A stretch of DNA of 64,000 nucleotides. Source: a virus. The stretch spans positions 2,783 through 66,782 of the IMG/VR virus record IMGVR_UViG_3300028840_002073. One strand, given 5' to 3'. A program made the position numbers and the translations under genes. The stretch's first letter is position 1. Every line of letters begins with the position of its first letter. The notes beneath the pieces were generated by a model. That model saw only the letters and a program-made list of their open reading frames with translations. It did no database searches and was not told where the DNA came from. Below are positions 47,325 through 60,600 of this stretch, one piece after another.

Positions 47325-48697
47325 CAGGCCGTTCTCCTCACGTAGGCCAGGATGGTCATGTGCGTCGGGCTTCCCGTCGCCGTCTGCACCATGGCTTCCA
47401 TGATGTCGCCGGCCGAGTAGCTGGCGTTCTGGATCGTGCCGCCGTCGTAGAGCGTGTCCACCGCGGCCAGGGACAGGTCGCTGGACAGGTGGTTCGAGGT
47501 GAAGTTCTTTCTCATGTTGACCGTCGCCCCGGTCCCGTCACGGCGCAGGGCCTTGACGTTGATGACCTCGCAGGCCCAGGGGGCCACGAAACAGATGGCC
47601 TGGTCGGGGCTGCTGATCCCGGCCGCGTTCTTCACCGTCGAGCCCGCGGGGAGGATGAGGTTCGTCCCTCCCGGGACCCCGATCTGCGGGAGCCACAGCT
47701 CCCGGCCGTCCCCGCCCGCGTAGAGGATCTCGTGCTCCCCGTCCGACAGGGCCCGCTGGTGCCAGTGCAGCGCGTCGACCTGGCCGTCGAGCTCGTCCGT
47801 CTCGGCCCCGTACTCGTGGGCGCCGACCATGAAGCTGTCCGTCCCGGTGTAGGGAGTCTCGCTGGCGCAGGACGTCGAGTAGGTGGTGCCGTCGTTCACC
47901 CGGATGTTGATGGTGCTCGCGGCGTGGTCGTACCAGAACCGGACGAAGTACCAAGTTCCCGTGGCAGGAGTGACGTCCTCATCCTCGACGGTGTAGGTCG
48001 TCGGCGTGGTCGATCCGAGGGTGGCGACGAAGGCGCCGGCGGTGGAGTCGTAGTAGAGCCCGTACTCCAGATTGGAGGCCGAGTCCTTGGCGACGATCCA
48101 TTGGTCGGCGGCGATGGAGTCGAGCTTGACCCAGAGCGCCACCGAGTAGTCGAACTCACCCTGCTGGAGGGCCGTGCCGTCCGCGACGTAGAGGTTCTCG
48201 CTCCCGGTGAAGTCGGCGGCGTCCCCGATCTTCCCGGTGGCGCTGGCGGTGGCGCCGTTCTCCGTGAGGATGTGCTCACCCATCGACGGGTAGCGGTCGC
48301 CACTCGCCTCCTCGAAGCGCCAGGCGGCGACCAGATCCTCGTAGAGATCGAAGTAGGGATGGACGTGGGTCGCGCGCGCGAGCTCCAGGCTGGCGCCCTC
48401 GTCGGCCTCGTACCCCAGCTCCACGGGGATCCCGGTCGAGATTGGGTGGAAGTGGGTGCCCGGCGACCACCCATCGGTGGGCTCTCCCACCGCGGCCTCC
48501 AGGCCGGCTTGGATCGTCGTCGGCAGGCCCTCGTAGCCCCCGGCTGGCAGGCCGGCGTCGTCGGAGTTCTGGAGGTAGCGCAGGAAGCGGTTGAGCTCCC
48601 CGAAGACCGCGTTCAGGGACTTCTCGAGTTTCTTGTCCTCGCACCTGATCCGGTCGACCAGGTAGGGGGCGTGAATCGAGTGTCGCCGGAAGGGCAT
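47324..48697 (-). CDS. LamG-domain virion protein (no signal peptide)
   Basis: LVAAW.FEE.SG.R, GK.G.A.DF, DGQVD......RALS..E...LY.GG.G. Confidence 0.7.
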   Translation of the reverse strand: MPFRRHSIHAPYLVDRIRCEDKKLEKSLNAVFGELNRFLRYLQNSDDAGLPAGGYEGLPTTIQAGLEAAVGEPTDGWSPGTHFHPISTGIPVELGYEADEGASLELARATHVHPYFDLYEDLVAAWRFEEASGDRYPSMGEHILTENGATASATGKIGDAADFTGSENLYVADGTALQQGEFDYSVALWVKLDSIAADQWIVAKDSASNLEYGLYYDSTAGAFVATLGSTTPTTYTVEDEDVTPATGTWYFVRFWYDHAASTINIRVNDGTTYSTSCASETPYTGTDSFMVGAHEYGAETDELDGQVDALHWHQRALSDGEHEILYAGGDGRELWLPQIGVPGGTNLILPAGSTVKNAAGISSPDQAICFVAPWACEVINVKALRRDGTGATVNMRKNFTSNHLSSDLSLAAVDTLYDGGTIQNASYSAGDIMEAMVQTATGSPTHMTILAYVRRTA

Positions 48698-51600
48698 CAG
48701 CGCCTCTTGAGCTCGTATTCCCCCGTAGCGATCCGGGCCATGATACTACGGTGGATCTCCCGCCTCGCCGCGTCGTGCGCGAAGCGGTAGATGCGCTTCA
48801 GGAACTCCGTCTTGGCGTAGATGTCCATGCCGTCCCAGTCGGAGTTGGAGGTGAGGTTCCGGGCGAAGGCAGAGGCCCTGGCCGCGTAGGCCGCGTAGAG
48901 CTCGCGCTCCCTCTGATTCAGGGCGATCTTCCGACCCATGGCCCCGGGGATGGACATGAAGCGGGGCGGGGCGTTCGGGGTGTAGCCCGTCTCGAGGAAC
49001 AGCCGCTCCAGGTTGCGCTCCGGGCCCGCCTCCGGGGAGTACCGGAACGGCGAGGCGAAGCGGCTGAACGGGTCCTCGCCGCGCTGGATCGGCTCGCCCG
49101 TCCCGGTCAGCTTCGGCGGGAGGTTCTGGGAGAACCAGGGCACCCGGGCGATGAGCGTCGAGGAGATGTCGTCAGTCTGCCGGATCGTCGGGTCGATGGA
49201 TCGGGCCGCGGAGGCCAGGAGGTTCGGGATCATGGCCCCGACCATCCGCTTGAAGAACCGGGCCCCGTACCGGTCCGGGTCGCCCACCGCTTCGGCCGCG
49301 CTGACCATGCCCTCCAGGTAGGTCTTCCCGGTGATGTTGTTCATGACCGAGTAGTGGAGCTTGTCCCAGATGTCCCCGGCGATCCTCTCGTCGGTGGCCT
49401 CGGCCAGGTCGGCGGCGAAACCGAGGCTCGTGGCGATGGGCTCGATGCGGGCCATGGACACCCAGGTGTTCCCGATCTTGATGGCGTAGGGCTGCTTGCC
49501 GGTGGCGAGCCAGTTCCGGCGCTCGTCCCACTCGGCGGGCCCGCCCCCGGTGATGAGCCCGTCCTTCGCCATCATGTAGACGCCCGCGCTGATGAACGAC
49601 CCGAGGATCCCCTGGGCCAGGCGGTCGGAGGCCTCGCCGCCCTTCAGCTTCCCGCTCCGGATGTTCTGGACCGTCCGGGCTAGGCCGACCGGTGTGCGCC
49701 GCACAGCCTGTATCAAGATGCGTTCGGGGGTCCGAATGAAGGGCACCACGAAGGTCAGCCAGGGATACTTCCCGCGGAGGAGCTGGATGTACTTCGAGAA
49801 CAGGGTCGTCTCGTCGCGGAAGGTCGAGACGTCGGCGGCGTGCTCCATCTCCTTCTTGATCTTCCCGAGCTCCTTGTTCCGCAGGAGGAACGACACGTCC
49901 TCCTTCGACACCTCGCGTGGGTCGATCTGGCGCCGCGCCTCGATCTCGAGGTACTTGTCGAGGCTCTGGTTGATCTCCTTCATTCGGTTGAGGAGCTGCT
50001 CCCGGGTCCAGCCCTGCCCCCGGCTCTCCAGGGCGGCCTTGCGGAAGACCTGGGCCGACCGCTCAGCCGAGGCCGCGGCGTACTTCGCGCCGACGTCGAG
50101 GGCCTCCATGATCCGGCCCGGGGTCCGGACGAGCTTCCCGAAGCGCCCGGGGATGGCGGGGGGCCGGTACTCGCCCTTCACGCCGAAGCCGATGTCCTCT
50201 CTGACGAGGGCGGTCTTGGCGAGCTTGAACGCTGAGACGAGGCCGAACCGGTACTTCCCCAGGGCCCTGGCCGCCTCCATCATCTCGCCGGGCACGCGCT
50301 CCTGGGGCCGGGCCTCTCCGGTGAGGAACCGCTCGATGGCCTGGCGCACCCCGCGTTGCTCGAGGGCGGACGCGATCCCGCGCTCCGGCGTCCGGAGGAG
50401 GGCCTCGTGGACGAGGTTGCCGGTGATGTTCGCGCCCTGCGTGGCGGGCCCGGACAGGATGGAGTTGATCCAGTACTCGAGGAACTGGTCGAGGCGGGTC
50501 GGCTTGTGGATCTGGCGGTAGATTTGGTTCACCGCCGCCATGTCCTGCTTGTGGATCGCCGCGGCGAGTTCGTCGATGAGCTGATCGCCGGGCTTCCGGC
50601 CCCGCATCATCCGCTGGAGAAACCGCTCCTCCGGCGTCAGGGACTCGATCCACATTCGGTGTGCGGCCAGGGCCCGGCCTGCCTCGGAGCCGGCGGCCAC
50701 GGTGGCGTACTGGATGCCGATGGCCTTCTGCAGGGCGGCGTGCATCTCCCGCTCCAGCTCCAGGGCCGTCTGCTGGCGGGCCGCCTTCTCCTGTGGGGTC
50801 TGGGCCTCGGCCACGGCGGTCTTGGCGTCGCGGTAGGCCTGCTGCTTGTTGATGAAGTCGATCCCGGCTTCCTGCCGCAGGATGCGCCCGGCGATGATCT
50901 CGTAGTCGGTGAGTGCCCCCTTCTCCTTCAGGGCCTTGACGAACTCGCGCTCAGTCCACCCGAGCTCGAGGGCCATCTCCTTGGCTTCCCTCCAGGACCG
51001 GTAGGAGCGGGCCTCGCCGAACTTCGACTCCAGGGCGTGGGCGCTCTGAGTGATGAAGTCGCGGATGCCCCGCTCGTTGGAGATCCGGGTGATGTTGGTC
51101 GAGAGTCCGATCCGCTCGCCCTTCCAGTTGAACTCGGGCGGCTTCCCGGTGCCGGGGTCCGGGACCATCATGGACTCCAGCCACTTCAGCATCGCCCGGA
51201 GGTCCTTCTTCGAGGGCTCCGGGATGGGCCGGATCGGGCCTCGTGGGCGTCCATCCGGGGTCCGAACGCCGGTCACGTCGGTGGGCTTCCCGCGCTTGAT
51301 CGTCTCTCGGTACTGCGGTCGGGCGATGCTCTGGAGGTACTCCCAGACCCGCTGCAGGAGGGTTCGGTCCTTCACGTCGCCCATGCTGATGAGCCACCTC
51401 GAGAACGACCGGATGCCCCTGGCGAAGCTGTCGGCGCCCAGGACCACAGCGTCCCAGAACCAGCGGGGGTCGAAGCCCATGGCGGCCTCGCCCCACCGGG
51501 CCCTCATGCGCGCCCGCGCGTAGGCCACCCGCCGGTTCCACCACCTGGTCCCCGGCCCCTCCCGGTCCGGCCAGTTGAACGGTCCGGGCGGCTCGTCCCC

Positions 51601-54600
51601 GTCGTCGCCGCCGCCGCCGGCCGGTGGAACCCCGCGGCCCCTGCGCCGGTAGGGTTGGCGCTCCTCGGCAACGAATATCTCTGGCCTGACGCTGCGCTGC
51701 TCCAGCCGGGGGAGGGCCTGCCAGAATGGGATGCCCTGGCCCATCGCCCCGACTCTGGTCCGCAGAGTCTCAGCGGCTACTGGATCGGTGGAGACGACCC
51801 CGTCGAGAGCGTAGCCGTCCTTGATGAGGTCGGACGCGGTCCGGAGGACGCTGAGATTCCCGGGGTCGATGATGAGCACGGCGTTGTCTGCCCCGATGGC
51901 CCGGCCCTGGTTGATGATCCAGCGCCGCATTCGGTGGCTCTCGTTGAAGAAGTCCACCGGGACAGAGGCGATCTGACGGATGCGGTACTCGACGTCGAGG
52001 AACATGATGAGCGGTTGGTCTGCGGCCTGTGTCTCGGCAGCTCTCAGAGCGAGAGCCTCTGGTACAGCTTCCTGGAGGGCTTCCGTATGGGCCAGCTTCC
52101 GCTTGTAGATGTTGGCGCGGTCCTTGACCATGAACGGGTCGGGGAGTCGTCGGATCGACGGGGCGTACTTGATCCACTCGTGCGCCCTGGCCTTGAGCCG
52201 CTGTGGGTTCGTGAGCTCCATGGACAAGCTCATCGCCTGCTCGTCCGTGATGTCTCCCTCGACGTAGGCGTGGCGCAGGCCCATGAACTGCGCGAGGGAG
52301 CGCCAATTCGCCTTGAAGTCGCCCTTGTGCGGGTCCATCACGGTGAACGTTCCGTGGTCGACGACGACCTGGCCGAGGAACCGATCCCCGAACAGATGCA
52401 GCAGGACGCCCGTGATGTTGATGTCTGAGACGGAGGCCACCGGGTTGCCGGAGGGATGGTTGTGGAAGGCGTAGAACCCTTCGGCGCCGACCGCGTCGAG
52501 CTTCTCGCCGAGCCGCTGCTTCCAGTCGGTCCAGTCATCGGGTCGCGGCGTCGCCGGCGCTGCGGCCGGCAGCCGGATCGTCTCGGCCCAGCTCTCCAGG
52601 ATCTCGCCGTCCTTGACCGGGAAGATGTAGGACGTCTCGAAAGCCGGGTTGCGGAGGAGCTGGCCCAACAGCCCGAGGTCTTCGATGGAGTTGACCTTCA
52701 TGCCGTCGAGGTCGAACTGGCCTTCCTTGAAGAAGGCCTCCCGGATCGAAGCTCCGAGATGCTTCGGCGTATCGGAGGCCCCGAGGTCCTCGAGCGCAAT
52801 CCCGGTCCCGATCCGGTAGGGCCTGAGCTGTCCAGGAGGTCCTACGACTCGCTCGACCCAGTCGAGTCCGATTTCGGCGAGGTCTTCCGGGTCGTGGGAC
52901 TCGTCTCTGTCTCCGAGGAAGTCGAGGGCGATCTGGACCGGATCTCTGCCGCTTTCCGCAAGAGCTGACAGAGCATCATCGACCCGTCCTCCCGGTCCCG
53001 CAACGTCCCCGAAGTAGGACCGGAAACGTCGAATCGCGGTCGCATGTCTCTGGAGGACTGTGTCATAGGTCATCACCTCCTCGGGTGGGATGCTGTCTCC
53101 CCTGATCTGCTGGGCGGCCCACACGGCCGAGGCCACCTCGTCGCCGGTCCAGCCGAGTTCATCGGCGGCCTGGCGCAGGAGGTCCTGAATGAACTTCACC
53201 TGACTCCCGTTCGGGGAGTTGCCCTTCTGGAGATTCTCTCTCCCGAGGACGAACCGGGCGATGTGGCGGTCCACGGCGATGGCGTCGAAGCCCAGCTCCG
53301 CGCGGGTGTAGGGGCGGATCTTCTGGCCTCGGACCCCGTTGGAGCTCCGCAGTCGCTCCAGGTTGCGGCGGACCGCCGGCAGGTAGCCCTTGAAGGGCTC
53401 CCCGAGCCGCATCTGCTGGTAGGCCTTCACGGCGAGGGCCACGTTGGCCCGCACGTCCGCGGCCTGGGAGGTGATCCCGAGGATGGCCCGGAACAGCATC
53501 GCGTCGTTGCCGAACAGGCTGGCGAGGGTCTTGTCGTGCCGGACGTGGAAGTCGCGCCAGTCCTTGAACTCGTCCAGCGTGGCGAACAGCTCGTCCATGC
53601 CGATGGCGGCGTCGGTGCCGTACTTCCGGCGCGGGGCCTCGACGCCGAAGAAGGACGGGCGCTCGCCCACGGCCCAGGAGAACAGCCCTCGGAACGCCGC
53701 GGTGTTCCCGGCCGCGGGGCGGAAGGGGTGGAACTTCCCGTAGATCGTGTCGGTCGACGTCTTGATCTGGAAGCTGTTGCGTGGATCGCCCACCGGCGCG
53801 GTGAAGACGGCTCCGAGCTTCTTCAGCTTGTTGTAGATGAACCGGTTTTGCTTGATCGAGACGAGAGGCTTGGTCTGCCGGCGGCCCTTGTACTTGTTGG
53901 CCCCGCTGGCGAGCTGGTTCATCTCGAACAGCACGTCGTCCATCTCCGCGGGCTCGGCCACGATCTTCGGGTCTGGCTTCTCCCGCTTCGGGAGCTCCTC
54001 GCCCGGTCCCGCGTAGGAGACGTAGCCGGCGGGACCGATGTCGCCCTCGGGTGGGATGAGTCGCCCGGTGAACGGCTCGCCGTCGCTCGTCTCAATCGTG
54101 AAGTCGCCGTACTTCCCGAGGGTGTCGTGGCGGTCGTCGAAGATCGCGCCGAGGGCCTGGAGGCGTCGCCTGATGAAGCGGAACTGCTTGAGCGAGACGA
54201 CGTCCTGGCCGCGGTTGCGGATGAGCGTCTCGAGGTGGCTTCGCGCGATGTGCTGGAGCGGAGACTGCTTCTTCCGGTCGGCGCCGGGGTCGGGCTGACC
54301 GGGGTCCCCGAACTCGCTCATCTCGCCGGGGTCCAGGAGCCCGACGTTGCCCGACACCTGGGCGCCGAGCATCTTCATCTTCGTCCCGATGATGGACTTG
54401 TTCCAGTCGTCTACCGCCTGGTCGGAGAACAGGTAGATCACCCGCCCCTGCGACTTCGTGGTGACGCGGTGGATCCGTCCGACCATCTGGACGTTGTTGA
54501 TCGAGTCGAAGGGGGCGGTAATGACGATCATCGTCCGGGGCCGGCTTCCGGTCCGGTCGTCCAGGTTGATCCCGGTCCCGCCTGCCTCCGGCGTGGCGAT

Positions 54601-57600
54601 CATCACGTTGACCTGGCCGCTCTGGAAGCGGTCCATCTCCTCGGCCGCGCCCTTCTCGGCCGCGCCGTGGACCTCGGCATAGGGGATGTTCTGGTCCTGG
54701 AGCCAGCTTCTCAGGAGCTTCAGCGTGCCCTCGGAGGAGGCGATCACCTCCTTCTCGATGCCCAGCTCCTCACCGTTCAGGTCGCGGATCTTCGTCTTCA
54801 CCGCGGCCTCTGAGAAGTTGACCCGGGCGGCGAAGACGACGACGGACCGCCCGGCGGCGAGCTCGCTCTGGATGAGCTCCTGGGCGGCAGGCAGCTTGTC
54901 GGGCTCCTGCTGCCGGCGCTGGTGCTGGAGCATGACCGCGCGGTTGGGCCACTTGGCCTCCGCGATCCGGTCCAGCATCTCCTTCGTCTCCTCTCCGAGC
55001 GGGACGTCCCGGAACTGGATGTCCATGCCCGTCATGTCGATCTCGCGCCGGATGATGTTGCCCTTGCGCGTGACCCGCTCGAACAGCTCCTCCATGAGCC
55101 GGTAGGTCTTCTTCTTCGAAGCCCCGTGGGAGTAGACCGTCTTCGTCACGTCCTTCCACTCGCCGGTCTTCGGATCCTTCAGACGGAACTTCTGCTTCAC
55201 CGCGGTCATGCCCAGGTCCTTCATGAATTGGTCCTGGGGCTTGCCCTCACGGATCCCGATGCGATCGAGGTAGAGGAGGTGAATCGGCTTGTCGCCCGGG
55301 GTCGCGGTGGCGAACAGCACGGCGGCGGCCTTGGCCGCATGGTTGATCCCGGCCTGGCCGGTCTGGGAGGCGAAGGCGCTCTTGAACTTGTGGGCCTCGT
55401 CGGAGATGAGGATGGTGTTCTCGTCCACCGGCTGGTGGGCGACCTTGTAGTACGTGGAGATGTGGATGACGCCCGGGTCGAGTTCACCCGCCGGCTTCCC
55501 GCGCGAGCTCGAGGGCAGGAACTTCAGGCTCACGCCCATCTGGGCCCCGTCGTCCACGTAGGAGCCGGAGATCGTCCAGGCCCCCTGCCGCTTCTTCGCC
55601 TTCAGGACCTCGGCCGGGGCCAGGATGAGGACCTTCTTCCCCTGCCGGGCGTAGCGGGCCGCGACGGCGAGCACCTGGCGTGTCTTCCCGACACCGGTCC
55701 CGTCCGCCATGAGGAAGCCCTCGCCCTTGTCCATGGCGGCCAGGGCCTTGGCGACCCCGACGTGCTGCGCTGAGTTGAGGTGGGGCTTGAGATCCGCCGG
55801 GATCAGGTCGAAGTCGGGGGCGATTGCGTCGGTGGCTTCCGGTCGGATGGTGAGGATGTCGTAGATCCCCGCCCGCGGCGCCGCTCCAGGAGCCTGTTGT
55901 ACTTCTGGAGGACGCTCCACTCCTCCAAGTCCCCGTCCCCGTCGATCAACGCCTGGAGGACCTCCGGGGGCAGGTTGTCGATCTGCTTCTCGTCCAACCC
56001 CTGCTCGAGGAGCTGGCTGAGGCTCAGGGCGACCCCGTCCGGGGCCTCCGGCGGCTGCCGGTCCACGTCTCGGAGAGTAACTGGGGGTCGCCGGCCTGTC
56101 AACGGGTTTCGCGGGCCGCTCGAACAGGTCGAGCTGCTTCTTCGTCGGGCGGACGGGCCGCGGGCCATACCGGCCCCCGAGCGGGCGCGGGGCCTCGGCC
56201 AGGCCGCCGAACAGGTCCATCTGGCCGGGTTCCTTCGGCTTCTCCTCGCCCTTCTCGGCCCGGTCCCGCTTCTGCTGCTCCTCCTTGGAGAACATCGACC
56301 CGGGGAGGTTGCCCTCCGTGATGATCGGCGTCTCCATGGTGGCTTCGGTGTAGCCCGGGATGAGCTCCTGGCCCGACTTGTCCCGCACCCGCCCGTAGGG
56401 CTGCTTCTTGGCCTCGACCAGGCCGTGGAGCCCCAGCTCGTCCACCTCGACGCGGATGGCGTCGGGCCAGTTCTCGCGGGCCCGGTAGAGGGCATGGCCC
56501 GGGTTGAGGCCCTTCACGGCGTCGTGGTGGACGCTGCCGTCTTCCCAGGTGACCTTCACGGGGACGGCCCAGGCGTACCGCTGCTCTCCGTAGGGCTTCG
56601 CCGGGGTGCTCTCGACGGGCCCCTCCCCGGGCGCGGCCCCTCCCTCGGGCACGTCGAAGGGAACGTCGTCGGCCTCGCCGCCCTCAGCGTTCACGGCGTC
56701 GCGGAAGGCGTGGACGATGCGGACGTACTCCTGCCCCTTGCCCCGCCGGATGGCGTCGATGACCTCCTGGGTGGTGAACGATTCCTGTGTCCCCGGCTTC
56801 TTCAGGCCCCACATGAAGGTCTTGAGGAGGTGGGTTTCGGTGCCGTCTGCGAACTGGCCCTCGTTGTCGCCGGCCAGCGCGGGGCGCCCCGCCGGCTCCG
56901 GCGTCTCCTGGAGATCCTCCTCGAGCGCCAGGCCGATGGACTCCAGAGCGGCGAGGGCGTCGGGGTCGTCGAAGTAGTCCGGCTTCATGTCGGCCAGGGC
57001 TTCCTCGATGGCCCGTCCCTCGGCCAGCTTCCGGGTCCGGAAGTCCAGGATCTTCTTGAACTGCGGGTGCCCCGGCCCCGACTGCAGGGCCATCTTGATC
57101 GTCTTCTCGCCCATGCCGGGGATGTCGGCGAAGTGGAACTTCCAGCGGATCTTGACCTTCTTCGCCCGGTCCCACGCCTTCGTCACCACGTTGTAGGCGA
57201 GCACGTCCTCCAGCTCGCCGCGCTCAGCCATGCCGGCGAACTTCTCGGCGTCCCGCTCGATCTCGCCCAGGACCACGTCCTCAGGGACCGTGATTTCTGT
57301 GCGGTTCTGCTCGACTGCCGCTTCGAGCTCTGCCGGGTCGATGTCCAGGTGATCCACCGCGGAGTCGATCGTGCGCTGGGTGATCGGCAGGAACTTCCCG
57401 TCAGCCTTCACCCGGCTCTTGGGGACGACGACCCTCTCCTTGGCGATGCGCTTGATGAGCCGGATGATCTTCTCCCGCGCTCCGGCATTGGGCAGCACCA
57501 TGCCCAGGTAGTTCTCGAACCCGCCGGAGATCCCCTCCAGCTCCAGCTTCTTCTCCTCGTACTCGCGCTTGGCCTTCCGGCCCTTCTGCGTCTTCAGGTC

Positions 57601-60600
57601 CTCCCGGCGGCGCCGGACCTCGGCGGTCAGGCGGATGAGCTCGCGGGCCTTGTCCCCGGTCTGCATTCGCCGGACGTCCTCGACGTGCTTGCCGATGAGG
57701 GCGTAGAGTTGGTCCTCGAGCGTCTTCGGCTTCGGCTCCTTCTTCGGCTTCGGCTTCTTCTTGCGCGGGGGCTTCTTCTTCCCCGTCTCCTCGCGCGCCT
57801 TCTCCCGCTCGATGGCTTCCTTCACCCGCTCCTGGACGACAGCCTCGTCCACCGCGGGCGGGTTGGAGACGATCTCGGAGACGATCTCGGCTGGGACGAA
57901 GGCCTGTGCGTACCCCTCGCCGTCTGCCGTCAGGGTGCGCTCGACCGCCTTGGCGGCGACCGCGTCCTGGATCGCGTCGTACTGGAAGTCCTTTCGGAAC
58001 CACTCCGGGTCCGTCTCGTAGCCCATCATGCGGCCGTAGCGGCTGAAGCGTTCGAAACCGCCGAGCTGCTGGAGGATCTCGTAGAGGGCTTCGGTGTCTT
58101 CGATGAGCCCTTCTGCTTCCGCCTGGGCGTGGATCCTGGCCCAGCCGAGCTCCAGCTCGCGGTGCTTCATCCGTTCGACGTCGACGCCCAGGTCCTCGAA
58201 GGCGTCCTCTGCCCTGAAGAAGACCGCGGGATCCGTTGTCCACTGGCCGTCCACGACGTGGGCGTCTCGCTGGCGAGAGAGCTCATCCCAGGCCGCCACG
58301 ATGCTGTCAGGAACGCTGGTGGCGTAGGCGTGGTGGCGCTTCGTGTTGCCGTTCCGCTCCATCTCGAGGGCCAGCTCCCCGACCTCCGGGTTGTTGGTGA
58401 TGATGGCGTAGAAGCGGACGTTGTGGTCCAGCTCTGCCCTGATGGCGTCGAGGTAGGCAGTCTCGTCGGGGTAGTTGGCTTCGGCTGCCCGCAGGATCTT
58501 GAGGTACTTCCTGACGGGATCGTAGCCGTTCATCGGCTTGTAGGTGTTCTGCTTGTACAGCTCCGTGTCGCCGCCCTGCTGCTCGATGTAGGCGTCGCGG
58601 TCCTTGGGGTTGACCTTCTTGACCTTGGTTCCACGGGGAACGTTGATCGCTGGCGGGGCAACCTGTGGCGGCGGTGGCGGCTCCGGTTCCTCCTCGTACT
58701 CCTCCTCGGGTTCCGCCTCCTCGGGCGGCTTCTCGGCGAACCGCTCCAGGTGCCACTGGGCCTCGTCCGCCGGCATCTCGACGATGAGCTGCTCCTCGGC
58801 CCACGCCATGAGCTTCTCCGGCGTGTCCTGGCCCTGGTTGATTCCGGCCTCGACCAGGGCGACGTACTCGAGGCGCTGGACCGGGTCCATCTTCTGCAGG
58901 GACTCGGGCAGTCCGCGGACGCCCGGCTGTTCGAGCGGCGGGGCGCCGCCCTCCAGAGTCCCCGGCGGGGCGCCGAGCGCACCCTCCTGGGCGTCCACCC
59001 GGGCGACCCCGGGGGTCATCATGGAGCGGACGAGGTTCGCGTCGGCGGTGACCGGGATGGTCCGGTTCGGGTCCATCGGCCCCGCGTCCCGCACCGCGTC
59101 GACCAGCTCCTCCAGCCGGGCCCCGGGCCCGACGCCGAGGAAGTGGATCTGCGGCGGGAGTGTGCCGGCCTCCTTGGCCTGGCGGACGAACTCGCCGACC
59201 TCCTCGGGAGTGACGGCGGCGGCGTTGCCGGGGATCCCCACCGTGAAGTCCTGGGTCCCAGCGTGCTGGGCGACCGCCTGCCACATCTCGAACAGCGACA
59301 GGTCGCCCTTCTGGAGCGGGAAGATCGGGTTGACGTGGGCCTGGCCGAGGAACCGCTGGACCTCGGGCGCGAAGGCCGCCAGGGCCTCCAGGGTCGCGGC
59401 CTGGTCGCCCACCACGTCAGGCATCACGAGGTTGAACGTTCCCCAGGTGCGTTCCTCGGGGTCCGCGAGCGTGGCGGTGCGGTCCAGGAGCTCGTCGTAC
59501 TTCTGGAGGATCTTCCCGAAGTCCAGGGGCTCGACCTCGACGCCCTCGGGGGCCCGCAGGCCCTTCTTGAACAGCGAGTAGGCCCCGGAGTCCACGAAGA
59601 CGTTGGCCCCCATCCGGCCCACCGCGGCGGCGATCTCGTCCACGCCGCGCTTCGAGAGCTCGCCCACGTCCACGCCGAACGGCCGCTCCATCTGCGCCGC
59701 CGCGGCGATGTCCCGGGGCCGGCTCTGTCCGGAGACGAAGAACAGGTCCGCGGCCTCGGCCCCCTCGATCCGCTCCCCGGACACGAACTCGGCCCGGTCC
59801 TCGGGGCTCATCTGGGGGTCCAGCTCGCCCTTCCGGATCGGGGTCCGCTTCCCGGTTGTCTCGATCTCAGACAGGAGGGGGAAGACCTCCAGCCAGGACG
59901 GGTGGATCTCGGCGCCAAGCTGCTTCGCGGAACGGAGCGACTTCAGGATGTGAGAGGAGCCAGGTCGGCCCGCTGCGTAGGCCTCGAGAGCCAGTTGAAA
60001 CGAGTCCTCATCCCGTAGGGTGACGGGATCGGTCGCCACAACGCGGCCTTCCTCGGGGGACAGGGTCACCTTCCGCTCCTCGCGGCGATTCCGCTGGAGC
60101 GTGGTCTTGGCCCCCTTCAGGATCTCCTTGGCCTTGGCCTTCGTGGGCGCGCTGAGGGGGGGCATGGCCTCGCGCCCCTCGCGGTCGTAGAACCGGACGA
60201 CCCAGCCTTCGCCGCCGGGGCCCCGGCCGATGTCGCCGCGCACCGCCGGCCCGGCCTCCTCCATGTCGGGGGCGCCAGGTGTGGGCGGGACCCGGGGCCC
60301 AGCCGGTGGAGCCTCCCCCGGGGGAAGCTGGGGGGCTGTCGGCGGGACCCCGGGTCGTTCTGTCGGCGGGGCTGGACGGGCGGGCGGCGCCTTCCCGGGC
60401 GCGGGGGCCGGCACAGCGGCTCCCTCGACCACGGGGGGCACCTCGGTCGGTGGCGGGCTCGGCGGCGGCTTCGGAGCGGGGCCCTCGACCGGCTCGGGGA
60501 GGACTCCCTCTGCCGGCGGGGCCGGGGGCCCGTGGAGGCGCCCGGGCTGTCGGAGCTGCGCGTCGATGCTGTCGATGACCAGCTCGACCCTCGTCCGCTG

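Noticed and set aside
42720-47345. 1541-aa + strand ORF (also 488-3214, 5524-7122, 9180-11297, 50356-52428, 55780-60018)
   Set aside because: Antisense shadows of strongly GC3-biased minus-strand genes; V/G/L/R/D-rich with no motifs
59870-60010. AT-richer patch in the giant gene as a third nested ORF
   Set aside because: The alternative ATG frame closes after 22 codons and I saw no promoter or SD
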